From positions 127,104-191,103 of the forward strand of contig CAZAXH010000003.1 of the NCBI GenBank assembly GCA_964489065.1: a stretch of DNA of 64,000 bases, in the 5' to 3' direction. Position 1 is the first letter of the stretch, and every line of letters starts with the position of its first letter. The notes beneath the pieces are model-generated. The model had not been told where the DNA came from and did no database searches. It saw only the letters and a list, made by a program, of their open reading frames with translations. The translations under genes were made by a program, and so were the position numbers. This stretch comes from an uncultured Planctomycetales bacterium (GTDB lineage: Bacteria > Omnitrophota > Gorgyraeia > Zapsychrales > JANLHA01). Below are positions 8,864-17,465 of the stretch, piece by piece.

Positions 8864-9538
8864 ATGGAACGACATTTTGATCATGAATTAAAGGAATTAA
8901 ATAATGATATTTTGCGAATGGGGGCTTTTGCGGAAGAAGCTATTTATAAATCCGTTGAGGCCCTGAAAAACCGCGACAGGGCGCTGGCCCAGGACGTCAT
9001 TAATAATGATACGAATGTTGATCAGCTTGAGTTAGCCATTGATGAAAAATGCATCGATCTGATCGCCCGTTATCAGCCGATGGCGAAAGACCTTCGTTTT
9101 ATCACAACGGGCATGAAGATTAATAACGAACTCGAGCGCATCGCCGATATCGCTGTTGATATTGCCCAGCGAACGCTGGAGATTGTTGATAAGCCTTTGC
9201 TCAAACCCCTCGTTGATATCCCGAAGCTCACCCTTGTCGCGCAGAATATGATTAAGTCTGCCATCGATTCTTTTGTGAAAGGAGACATTTCGCTGGCCCG
9301 GAACGTGTTGCTCTCCGACACGGAGGCGGATCAGTTACGGAACCTTATTCAAAAGGAGCTGATCGAAGATTACATGGTCAAAGATGGAGCCACCGCGCCC
9401 CGTGCGGTGCAGCTGTTGCTTATTGCCCGGTTTTTGGAACGGATTTGCGACCATGTCACGAATATCGCCGAAGACGTTATTTATATGATTCAAGCGAAAG
9501 TCGTGAAGCATCATCCTGAACGGCTTCAGGATAAGTGA
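8864..9538 (+). CDS. phoU: Phosphate transport system regulator PhoU
   Basis: 224 aa; two PhoU-repeat helical halves (E/D-x-x-x-D motifs: DQLELAIDEKCIDLIA..., ICDHVTNIAEDV); follows pstB. Confidence 0.85.
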   Translation: MERHFDHELKELNNDILRMGAFAEEAIYKSVEALKNRDRALAQDVINNDTNVDQLELAIDEKCIDLIARYQPMAKDLRFITTGMKINNELERIADIAVDIAQRTLEIVDKPLLKPLVDIPKLTLVAQNMIKSAIDSFVKGDISLARNVLLSDTEADQLRNLIQKELIEDYMVKDGATAPRAVQLLLIARFLERICDHVTNIAEDVIYMIQAKVVKHHPERLQDK

Positions 9539-9574
9539 TTTTTAGAAATTTTATGGATACTCGTGATGTGTCAA

Positions 9575-9604
9575 AAAGCCCTTATGGAGAATAAGGGCTT
9601 TTTT
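9575..9604 (+). terminator. Rho-independent terminator after phoU (11-bp stem, 5-nt loop, T6)
   Basis: aaagcccttat/ataagggcttt inverted repeat 9575-9585/9591-9601, then tttttt; ends the pho operon. Confidence 0.75.
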
Positions 9605-9679
9605 GTCGGAGGCCATCCCGATGGGCCTCGTGAAAATATTGAATTGTGTGCAAGCCGGATTCAATGGTACAATCAACAA

Positions 9680-10501
9680 ATGCGGAAGCCCGAGATGGAT
9701 GCCGGAAAAAAATTAAGACGTCTTCGTTGTTTGCTGGCCCGGATGGACTCGGCGGTCGTGGCCTTCTCCGGAGGGGTCGACAGCACGTTTTTAGCGGCGG
9801 TGGCCGGGGAGACGCTTGGGAAAAAAGTGTTGGCTGTGACGGTTCTCACGCCGTTTGTGACCCGACAGGAGCAGCAGCGGGCAAAAGAGGCGGCACGGCA
9901 GTTGAAGTTAAAGCATGTTTTTAAACGCTTGCCCTTTCCCTCGGACATTTTGCGAAATCCCAGGAACCGCTGTTATCTTTGCAAGAAGCATATTTTTTCC
10001 TGTTTAGCGCGGCTGCGGGCTCAAGCAGGGTATGTCTGTTTGATAGAGGGCTCCCATCAGGATGATTTAAAGGAAGCGCGCCCCGGGAAAAAGGCGTTGA
10101 AGGAATTAAAGGTGCGTAGCCCTTTGGAGGAGGCGGGGTTGACGAAGGCGGATATCCGCCGGTTATCAAAGGCCCTGAGCCTTCCGACCTGGAATATCCC
10201 GTCCGCTCCTTGTTTGGCAACCCGGTTTCCTTTTGGACAGGCCATTGATTCGAAGCACTTGAAATATGTCACCCGGGCAGAATCTTTTTTGCAAAAATTA
10301 GGGCTTAGGTCCGTCCGCGTCCGGGTGCATGGTTCCGTGGCCCGGGTGGAAACGGACCCATGCCGGTTTTATGTTTTGCTGCGAAACCGTCTTGACATCG
10401 TCAGGCGTTTAAAAAGGCGGCCGGTGGCGTATGTTTGCTTTGATTTGGAAGGATATCGCAGCGGATCTATGAACGAGGAGTTGCCATGGAAAAATTTTTG
10501 A
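9680..10501 (+). CDS. larE: LarE-like PP-loop ATP pyrophosphatase (sulfur transferase of the nickel-pincer cofactor pathway)
   Basis: PP-loop SGGVDS, conserved PCLATR cysteine region plus an extra CxxC (RCYLCKKHIFSC). The ORF-track start at 9563 would span the phoU terminator, so Met 9680 (or 9695) is chosen; an extended -10 (TGGTACAAT, 9665-9673) sits just upstream. Confidence 0.7.
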   Translation: MRKPEMDAGKKLRRLRCLLARMDSAVVAFSGGVDSTFLAAVAGETLGKKVLAVTVLTPFVTRQEQQRAKEAARQLKLKHVFKRLPFPSDILRNPRNRCYLCKKHIFSCLARLRAQAGYVCLIEGSHQDDLKEARPGKKALKELKVRSPLEEAGLTKADIRRLSKALSLPTWNIPSAPCLATRFPFGQAIDSKHLKYVTRAESFLQKLGLRSVRVRVHGSVARVETDPCRFYVLLRNRLDIVRRLKRRPVAYVCFDLEGYRSGSMNEELPWKNF

Positions 10502-11229
10502 TAAAGGAAGTTTTAGAAGACGTGCAGGGCGGCCGGCTGTCCGTTGAGGCGGCGATGGATCGTTTGCGCGTCCTGCCGTATGAGGATCTCGGGTTTGCTA
10601 AGGTTGACCATCACCGGACGCTCCGGACGGGCTTCCCGGAGGTGATTTTGTGCCAGGGGAAGACGCCGGAGCAGATTGAGGAAATTTTTAAAACGCTGTC
10701 CGCGAAGAATAGACGGCTGTTGTTAACCAGGGCCGAGGAGCATGTCTATTCCAGGATTAAGGCGATTCATCCCCGGGCGCAGTATAACCGGCAGGCGAAG
10801 ATCGTCGTTATTGATGAAAAGCGTATTCCCGCGAAAGGACGGGTGAGCGTTGTTTGCGCCGGGACCGCAGATATTCCGGTGGCGGAGGAGGCGGCGGTTA
10901 CGGCGGAAATGATGGGCAGCCGTGTGGTGCGGGTTTACGACGTGGGTGTCGCCGGGATTCACCGCTTGCTAGAAAACCTTGAAGAGATAGCCGCCAGCCG
11001 TTGTGTCGTTGTGGTGGCGGGCATGGACGGGGTTCTGCCTTCGGTCATCGGAGGTCTGGTGCCGTGCCCGGTGATCGGCGTTCCGACGTCCGTAGGCTAT
11101 GGGGCGAATTTTAAAGGGGTCGCCCCGCTTTTAACGATGCTTAACAGCTGTGCGGCGGGTGTGACAGTCGTTAATATCGATAACGGGTTTGGCGCCGGTT
11201 TTGCCGCCGCCCGTATAAACAGGAGATGA
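10486..11229 (+). CDS. larB: LarB-like (PurE-like) pyridinium-3,5-biscarboxylic acid mononucleotide synthase
   Basis: N-terminal LarB-specific region (RTGFPEVILCQGKT) plus PurE/AIR-carboxylase-like fold (SVVCAGTADIPVAEE...VVVAGMDGVLPSVIGG). Confidence 0.75.
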   Translation: MEKFLIKEVLEDVQGGRLSVEAAMDRLRVLPYEDLGFAKVDHHRTLRTGFPEVILCQGKTPEQIEEIFKTLSAKNRRLLLTRAEEHVYSRIKAIHPRAQYNRQAKIVVIDEKRIPAKGRVSVVCAGTADIPVAEEAAVTAEMMGSRVVRVYDVGVAGIHRLLENLEEIAASRCVVVVAGMDGVLPSVIGGLVPCPVIGVPTSVGYGANFKGVAPLLTMLNSCAAGVTVVNIDNGFGAGFAAARINRR

Positions 11230-11230
11230 C

Positions 11231-11569
11231 ATGGATTCTCAAAAACCTTTGTGTGCCCGGTGTGCCGGGGCGGAAAAATTTACCCGGCTACTGTCCGGCC
11301 GGCCGGTGACCGCCGGAATGAAATCCGGGTATGTGACGTTGCCGCCGGGCGAGGCCGTGGGCGAACATGTGACCAGCGGCCGGGAAGAGGCGATTTTGAT
11401 CTTGGAGGGGCGGGCGGATATTTTTTGTGGCGGTAAAAACATTTTTTCTGCTGATGCGGTGAGCCTGGTGTATATCCCGCCGGAAACCCTTCATAATATC
11501 CGGAACGCCGGCCCGGGCCGGCTTTGTTATGTTTACGTCGTCAGCCCGGTTGTGGCTTCGCCGGACTGA
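11231..11569 (+). CDS. Cupin-domain protein
   Basis: 112 aa with cupin-2 beta-barrel motifs (GEHVTSGREEAILILEG...LHNIRNAG). Confidence 0.6.
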   Translation: MDSQKPLCARCAGAEKFTRLLSGRPVTAGMKSGYVTLPPGEAVGEHVTSGREEAILILEGRADIFCGGKNIFSADAVSLVYIPPETLHNIRNAGPGRLCYVYVVSPVVASPD

Positions 11570-11583
11570 CAGGGAGGAACCCC

Positions 11584-12468
11584 ATGAATTCGGCCTTTCA
11601 TTGGATTTATTTTTTTTTGAAAGTGGGCTGGCTGTTGGCGGCGGGAAAAAAAGTGCCGGCCAGCACGATTACGGATGATTATAATGAACTCGCCAGGATG
11701 TATGATGAATTTTTTTCCGTGTATATGGCTCCCCACGCCAGGCACCTGGCGCAAAAGCTGCCCCTCTCTTCCGGGGGGGCGCTGAACGCTCTGGACCTCG
11801 CTTGCGGAACAGGAACTTTGACACAGGCCTTAAGCGAACGCCTTGCGGCAGCCGGCGTCTTGACCGCGGTGGACCTTTCAGAAAAAATGATGGAACAGGC
11901 CAAAAAGAAGCTGACCCGGCCGGTGATATTCCGGGTGGAGGACATGATGCGTTTTCTCCTTCAGCAGACAGCGTCGTCTTACGACGCTGTGACCTGCGGC
12001 TGGGCGATCGGGTACTCCCGCCCGCAGTCTCTGATCAAAGAAATGCATCGGGTTTTGACGCCGGGGGGCGCGGTCGGCATTATAGAGAACCGGCAAAACA
12101 CGCTTTTCGAAATCCGGGAAACCGCCATGAAGGTTATGATGCGTTATCCGCAGCATATCCGCCGGACGATGGATTTGACGTTTCGCCTGCCCAGGGATAA
12201 AGATCATTTAAGTCTCTGGTTTCGTAAGGCGGGGCTGAAAGTCAAGGAGATATGGGACGGACAGATAGAGTTTTGTTTCAAGAACGGGGTGGACGTGTTA
12301 AACTGGGTTCTGCACACCGGGGCTAGCGCCGGGTTTGACCGCGTGATGGACCCGGACGCCAAATATGTGTGTGACCTGGCTTTTATTCAGATTATAGAAA
12401 AAGATTATAGGCGTGACGGCCAAATTAAAACAGCGCACCGCTTTGTCGCCGGAGTGGCTCAAAAATGA
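11584..12468 (+). CDS. Class I SAM-dependent methyltransferase
   Basis: Motif I LDLACGTGTLT; GGAGG RBS before Met 11584 (the ORF-track start at 11524 overlaps the cupin gene). Confidence 0.75.
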   Translation: MNSAFHWIYFFLKVGWLLAAGKKVPASTITDDYNELARMYDEFFSVYMAPHARHLAQKLPLSSGGALNALDLACGTGTLTQALSERLAAAGVLTAVDLSEKMMEQAKKKLTRPVIFRVEDMMRFLLQQTASSYDAVTCGWAIGYSRPQSLIKEMHRVLTPGGAVGIIENRQNTLFEIRETAMKVMMRYPQHIRRTMDLTFRLPRDKDHLSLWFRKAGLKVKEIWDGQIEFCFKNGVDVLNWVLHTGASAGFDRVMDPDAKYVCDLAFIQIIEKDYRRDGQIKTAHRFVAGVAQK

Positions 12469-13682
12469 AACAGCTGACTGGGCTGCAGAGAGATAGCGTT
12501 TTGTTTTTTCACGGCCGGACTCCCGAATTCCGCCGGCTGCCGTTTTCCGTGCAGTGGGCGATCCACCGTACCCTGAGAAACGAAAAGATCACGGCCCTGA
12601 ACGGGGATTATGTGATCAATTCTTTTTTTCCCCCGCTGCGTTCCGCTGCTTACCGGGAGATGGTTAAAAGTACGATCGCGATCTATCAGAAAAAACCATA
12701 CCCGTATTCGGCGTATTGCGCGGTGACCAGCCGGTGCGGATATCATTGTTGGCATTGCAGCAGAACAAAACGGGCGGAAGAAGAGCTGGATACGTCCGCA
12801 TGGCAGAAGATCGTCGGGCGTCTGCAGGAGGCCGGGGTTAGTATGATCGGGTTCACCGGCGGGGAGCCTTTATACAGGGCGGATCTGGAGGATATCCTCC
12901 AGGTGATCTGCAAGGACCGGTCCGCCAGCATCCTGTTTACGAGCGGAGAGGGGCTGACCCGGGAGCGGTTGGCTTCTTTGCGGGACGCGGGGCTTGATTA
13001 TGTGGCGGTCAGCCTGGATCATTATGAGCCGTTGCCGCATAATCAAATGCGCGGTCATCCGGATGCTTTTACAACGGCGCTGGAGGCGATTGGGGTGTGT
13101 TTAACGGCCGGGGTTTATACGGCTGTTCAGGTGATGGTCCGCCGGGAGCTGCTGGTTAGAAATCAGATGGAGCGGTTTGTCTCTTTTGTCCGGGACCTGG
13201 GCGTGCCGGAGATCCGGATCATTGAGCCGATGCCTACGGGAGAACTGTTTTGGGGGAGGGACGATGTGCTTCTGGATAACCCAATGCGGGCGGGCCTGAA
13301 AAAATTGCATAGGGCGGTCAACCAGAGACCCTCTGGTCCCAAAGTCGCGGCGTTCGCTTATATTGAAGACGGGCAACAATACGGATGCGGGGCGGGGATA
13401 CAGCATATGTATATCGACGCCTCCGGGAATCTGTGCCCGTGCGATTTTACCCCGCTGTCTTTCGGCCATATCCCCACGGAAGGTTTTGACGTCTCCTTTG
13501 GGCGGCTGCGGGCGGCGTTTGCTCGCCCGGCGCGGCAATGTTTTCTTTTGCGTCATCAGGAGGCTCTCCGGGAACATTATAAAGGGCAGCTGCCTTTATC
13601 TTACCCGGACAGCCTGCAGATTTGCCATAGCTGTCCTGCCGGGCCGGTTCCGGATTTTTACCGTCATTTGGGATGGACGTAA
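12465..13682 (+). CDS. Radical SAM enzyme with C-terminal SPASM/twitch domain (possible peptide or cofactor maturase)
   Basis: CGYHCWHC (CX3CX2C) radical-SAM motif after a roughly 95-aa N-terminal extension; GGEP motif; seven C-terminal Cys including a CPC and a CHSC pair; ATGA overlap with the methyltransferase stop. Confidence 0.8.
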   Translation: MKQLTGLQRDSVLFFHGRTPEFRRLPFSVQWAIHRTLRNEKITALNGDYVINSFFPPLRSAAYREMVKSTIAIYQKKPYPYSAYCAVTSRCGYHCWHCSRTKRAEEELDTSAWQKIVGRLQEAGVSMIGFTGGEPLYRADLEDILQVICKDRSASILFTSGEGLTRERLASLRDAGLDYVAVSLDHYEPLPHNQMRGHPDAFTTALEAIGVCLTAGVYTAVQVMVRRELLVRNQMERFVSFVRDLGVPEIRIIEPMPTGELFWGRDDVLLDNPMRAGLKKLHRAVNQRPSGPKVAAFAYIEDGQQYGCGAGIQHMYIDASGNLCPCDFTPLSFGHIPTEGFDVSFGRLRAAFARPARQCFLLRHQEALREHYKGQLPLSYPDSLQICHSCPAGPVPDFYRHLGWT

Positions 13683-13701
13683 TTTTGGAATGGGGTAAGT
13701 T

Positions 13702-14115
13702 ATGACTTTGGAACGGGTAAAATATATTTTTTTGACAGTCAGCGTTCTGTGCGCGGGGGCGCTGAGTTGCCTCTTTATCTTGATGGGGGTTCGGATGGCT
13801 CTTGCGGGCGGACTGTTTTCTCCTCCGGTGGCGCTGCCTCTGTTTTGGTGGGGAGAGTGGGGAGTCTGCTGGGGTGGGTTTTGCGGGTGGCTGTGGGGTA
13901 AAAAACTTTTTCGCGCGTTGGGCCGGGATTCCTGTCTGGACGCAGGGATGAGGTATGGGCTTTACGCTGGTTTGATGATTGGGACTGTTAATGCCGCGTT
14001 AACCGGGACTTTGCCGTTTGGTTTTGTTTTGGGTATTTTTTTGGGCCCGGCCTTTGGCGTTCTTATGACTGTTTTCGGGAAAAAGATGCTCGCCCGAATT
14101 TCAAGGAGCATTTAG
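13702..14115 (+). CDS. Small Trp/Gly-rich integral membrane protein
   Basis: 137 aa, about 4 hydrophobic segments; unusual WWGEWGVCWGGFCGWLWGKK segment. Confidence 0.5.
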   Translation: MTLERVKYIFLTVSVLCAGALSCLFILMGVRMALAGGLFSPPVALPLFWWGEWGVCWGGFCGWLWGKKLFRALGRDSCLDAGMRYGLYAGLMIGTVNAALTGTLPFGFVLGIFLGPAFGVLMTVFGKKMLARISRSI

Positions 14116-14237
14116 TTTACACGACCAAAGGGAGTGTAAACTAAAAATGCGAATTGATCCTTCAGCGCGAGAGAGCTAAAGCGAACGAGCCGAAGGATGG
14201 TGGTTTAATACCCCGTAGCTTGCTCTGGAGGCTATCC
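14107..14237 (+). repeat. Intergenic structured repeat family R1, copy A (contains a 12-bp perfect stem tttagtttacac/gtgtaaactaaa)
   Basis: Near-identical to copy B over about 110 nt (14107-14215 vs 14338-14447); related copy at 47077-47199. Confidence 0.8.
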
Positions 14238-14337
14238 TTTGATTGTTATGTGGTTGAGGCGCCGGATTGTTTACGGAAAAGACTAAAAGTATGCTTCTGG
14301 GTTGTGTTGTGATATAATCAAAATCCAAATTATTTAA

Positions 14338-14497
14338 TGAGCATTGATTTTACACGCCCCAAGGGAGTGTAAACTAAAAATGCGAATTGATCCTTCAGCG
14401 CGAGAGAGCTAAAGCGAACGAGCCGAAGGATGGTGGTTTAATACCTCGCAGCTTGCTTTGGTTCATTAAATTTAGAGTTTGCTCCGGGGTTTATGCC
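14338..14497 (+). repeat. R1 repeat copy B, with a 3' extension carrying two small CTTG/TTTG-loop hairpins and a GGGGTTTAT tail
   Basis: Direct repeat of copy A; its 3' part matches copy C (ggttcatt...agcttgct...ggggtttat); about 35 nt upstream of glnS. Confidence 0.8.
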
Positions 14498-14533
14498 GCT
14501 GATTTTAAAAATTGATAAAAACAGGAACCCAGC

Positions 14534-16288
14534 ATGTCGTCCCATGAAAATTTTATAAAAAATCCGGGAAAAGATCCTTCCCCGGATTCAACACAATCGA
14601 AAAGCTCCGCGGATTTTATACGGGGCATTGTCGCGGAGGACATCGCCTCCGGGAAACACGGAGGAAAAGTCGTAACCAGGTTCCCTCCGGAACCCAATGG
14701 GTATTTGCATATCGGGCATGCGAAGTCGATTTGTCTGAACTTCGGCATTGCCAAAGAAAACAACGGAATTTGTCATTTGCGTTTTGATGACACTAATCCG
14801 TGCAAGGAAGAAGATGAATACGTGCAGTCTATCCAGAACGATGTGCGCTGGCTTGGGTTTGACTGGAAGGACAAGCTTTTTTTTGCCTCCGATTATTTTG
14901 AACAGTTATACCAATACGCGGAGCAACTGATTAAGCTCGGTCGGGCTTATGTGGACAGCCAGAGCGCGGAAGATATCCGGCGGACCCGGGGAACCCTGAC
15001 AGACGCAGGGCAGGAGAGCCCTTACCGGAACCGTTCGGTTGAGGAGAATCTGGATTTGTTTCGGCGGATGAGGCGCGGTGAATATGAAGAAGGGCAGCAT
15101 GTGGTGCGGGCGAAAATAGACATGGCGTCTCCCAACATCAATATGCGGGACCCGACGATTTTCCGCATTCGAAAGGCGTCTCATCACCGCACCGGGACGC
15201 AGTGGTGCGTTTACCCTATGTATGATTTCGCGCATTGTCTTTCCGACGCCATAGAAGGGATTACTCATTCGATCTGCACTCTGGAATTTGAAAACCACCG
15301 TCCCCTGTATGACTGGTTTCTGAATGAGCTGAAGACGCCTTGCCATCCGCAGCAGATTGAGTTTGCCCGGCTGAACCTGACGTATACCGTTATGAGCAAA
15401 AGAAAATTGCTCGAACTCGTATCCGGGCGATATGTCAGCGGGTGGGACGATCCGCGCATGCCGACTTTGTCAGGGTTGCGCCGCCGGGGATACACTCCGG
15501 CGGCGATTCGGACTTTCTGCGAACGCATCGGGGTCGCGAAAATGGAGGGAACCGTGGATGTCAGCTTCCTGGAACATTGCCTGCGGGAAGACTTGAATAA
15601 AAGGGCTTTGCGCGTCTTTGCGGTTTTGCACCCCTTGAAAGTCGTGATCACGAATTATCCTGAAGGGCAAACTGAAGAACTGGAAGCCGTGAATAACCCG
15701 GAAGACCCCCAATCCGGGACGCGGCGGGTGCGTTTTTCCCGGGTCCTTTATATTGAGAAAGACGATTTCCGGGAAAATCCCCCGCCTAAATTTTACCGTC
15801 TTTCTCCCGGGCAGGAGGTCCGCCTGCGATATGCTTATTTTATTACCTGCCAAGAGGTGATTAAAGACAGGAATGGGGAAGTGACGGAGCTGCGGTGCAC
15901 CTACGACCCGGCCTCTAAGGGAGGGGATTCTCCGGATGGACGTAAAGTCAAGGCGACCCTGCATTGGGTTTCGGCTGAGCACGCTTTTGATGCCGAGGTT
16001 CGGCTGTACGACTATCTTTTTTCAAAACCCGATCCGTCTGACACCGAAAATGGGCAGGATTACAAAGAGAACCTTAACCCGAACTCATTAGAAATTTTAC
16101 GGAATTGTAAAATGGAAGAGTTTTTACGCCAGGCCCAGGCGGGTGTTTCTTACCAGTTTGAACGGCTTGGCTATTTTTGTGTTGATCCCGTTGACGGCAC
16201 TTCCGGCCGGCCGGTTTTTAACCGCACCGTCACGCTGCGGGATTCCTGGGCCAAAATTGAAAAATCTCAAAAAAATAATGGTTTATAA
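14534..16288 (+). CDS. glnS: Glutaminyl-tRNA synthetase
   Basis: Class I aaRS HIGH motif ([14 protein letters not shown]) and VMSKR (KMSKS); close match to the known GlnRS N-terminal region ([13 protein letters not shown]...[15 protein letters not shown]). Confidence 0.9.
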   Translation: MSSHENFIKNPGKDPSPDSTQSKSSADFIRGIVAEDIASGKHGGKVVTRFPPEPNGYLHIGHAKSICLNFGIAKENNGICHLRFDDTNPCKEEDEYVQSIQNDVRWLGFDWKDKLFFASDYFEQLYQYAEQLIKLGRAYVDSQSAEDIRRTRGTLTDAGQESPYRNRSVEENLDLFRRMRRGEYEEGQHVVRAKIDMASPNINMRDPTIFRIRKASHHRTGTQWCVYPMYDFAHCLSDAIEGITHSICTLEFENHRPLYDWFLNELKTPCHPQQIEFARLNLTYTVMSKRKLLELVSGRYVSGWDDPRMPTLSGLRRRGYTPAAIRTFCERIGVAKMEGTVDVSFLEHCLREDLNKRALRVFAVLHPLKVVITNYPEGQTEELEAVNNPEDPQSGTRRVRFSRVLYIEKDDFRENPPPKFYRLSPGQEVRLRYAYFITCQEVIKDRNGEVTELRCTYDPASKGGDSPDGRKVKATLHWVSAEHAFDAEVRLYDYLFSKPDPSDTENGQDYKENLNPNSLEILRNCKMEEFLRQAQAGVSYQFERLGYFCVDPVDGTSGRPVFNRTVTLRDSWAKIEKSQKNNGL

Positions 16289-16389
16289 AGGCCTGTTGCC
16301 AGGGGGTTGCGGGTGAGGAGGCCTCGCCGAAAAAAATTCAGGAACAGAATGCCATATCAAATGAGATTTGATATAATGACACCTAGCTT

Positions 16390-16956
16390 ATGAAAAAATC
16401 TCTGGGCCCCAAAACTTTTATTTATCCCACGCCCGTTTTAGTCATCGGGACGTATGACCGGGAGGGTGTCCCCAACATGATGACGGCCGCGTGGGGAGGT
16501 ATCTGTTGCTCTTCCCCACCCTGTATCGCGGTTTCTCTGCGGGAGGCGACATATACTTACGGGAATTTAATGTTAAAAAGGGCCTTCACGGTCAATATCC
16601 CTTCACAAAAATATATTAAGGAAGCGGATTATTTAGGGATGGTTTCCGGGCGGGATGAAAACAAGTGCAAAGCCTTGTCTCTGACGGTGGTTGGCAGCGA
16701 CCTTGTTGATGCGCCGTATATCAAAGAGTTCCCGGTCATTTTAGAATGCCAGGTGGTCCAGACCGTCCCGATCGGCGGGCATACCCAGTTTATAGGGGAA
16801 ATCAAAGATGTTAAGGCGGAAGCGTCGTGTCTGGACTCGGCCGGGGTCCCGGATGTGGAAAAGGTAGCGCCTTTTATGTTTTCTCCGGGGGACCGGAGGT
16901 ATTTTGCTGTCCGGCAGTGTTTAGGAAAGGCGTTTGCGATTGGCCGGGAGAAATAA
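16390..16956 (+). CDS. Flavin reductase-like (FMN-binding split-barrel) domain protein
   Basis: 188 aa; flavin-reductase-family N-terminal pattern (FIYPTPVLVIGTYDREGVPNMMTAAWGG). Confidence 0.65.
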   Translation: MKKSLGPKTFIYPTPVLVIGTYDREGVPNMMTAAWGGICCSSPPCIAVSLREATYTYGNLMLKRAFTVNIPSQKYIKEADYLGMVSGRDENKCKALSLTVVGSDLVDAPYIKEFPVILECQVVQTVPIGGHTQFIGEIKDVKAEASCLDSAGVPDVEKVAPFMFSPGDRRYFAVRQCLGKAFAIGREK

Positions 16957-17012
16957 TATTTTTAAATCCCGGCTTTTGCCATGAGAAACGAGAGAGAAAA
17001 GAAAGGGTGTTT

Positions 17013-17375
17013 ATGAAAAAAATTTTACTGATAGAAGACAGTAAAACTATCATGAAAGCCTTGGCCGCGATGCTGGAAGCGAATGGCTTTCAGCCGATCA
17101 CGGCAGGGGATGCCGAGTCGGGAATTGAAAAAGCCCTTTTCGAGAGGCCGGATTTGGTTATTTTGGATACGGTTTTACCTGGCATGAACGGTTTTGACGC
17201 TTGTCAGACCATTAAAGCGAAAATGGGAGACAATCCCCCTCCGATTATTGTTATGACCGGGGATATTGGAGCGATTAATTCCTCCAAGGCCAGGGCCTCC
17301 GGCGCCGATGAGTATGTTGCCAAAACGTCTGATTTTTCTCTTTTATTCGACGCAATCCGGAAATTGATAAAGTAA
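17013..17375 (+). CDS. Single-domain (CheY-like) response regulator receiver protein
   Basis: KILLIEDS...DLVILDTVLPGMNG...VMTG receiver motifs; Met 17013 with RBS chosen over the upstream ORF extension. Confidence 0.75.
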   Translation: MKKILLIEDSKTIMKALAAMLEANGFQPITAGDAESGIEKALFERPDLVILDTVLPGMNGFDACQTIKAKMGDNPPPIIVMTGDIGAINSSKARASGADEYVAKTSDFSLLFDAIRKLIK

Positions 17376-17465
17376 ACACGCGTTTTCCCCCGCCGTTGCC
17401 CCTGGTTTCTTTTAAAAATACTTTAAAGTCGGACTTTCAAGAATGTTTTTCCCCGTTATGGCCTT

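Noticed and set aside
14133-14165. 10-codon mini-ORF MRIDPSARES with a GGGAG RBS inside R1 copies A and B, considered as an attenuator leader peptide for glnS
   Set aside because: It has no glutamine or other regulatory codons, and the corresponding segment is deleted in R1 copy C, so it is not a conserved part of the element.
16289-16345. AGGCCT...AGGCCT inverted repeat after glnS as a terminator
   Set aside because: The loop is about 26 nt and it is followed by an A-run rather than a T-run on the + strand, which is not convincing as an intrinsic terminator for glnS.
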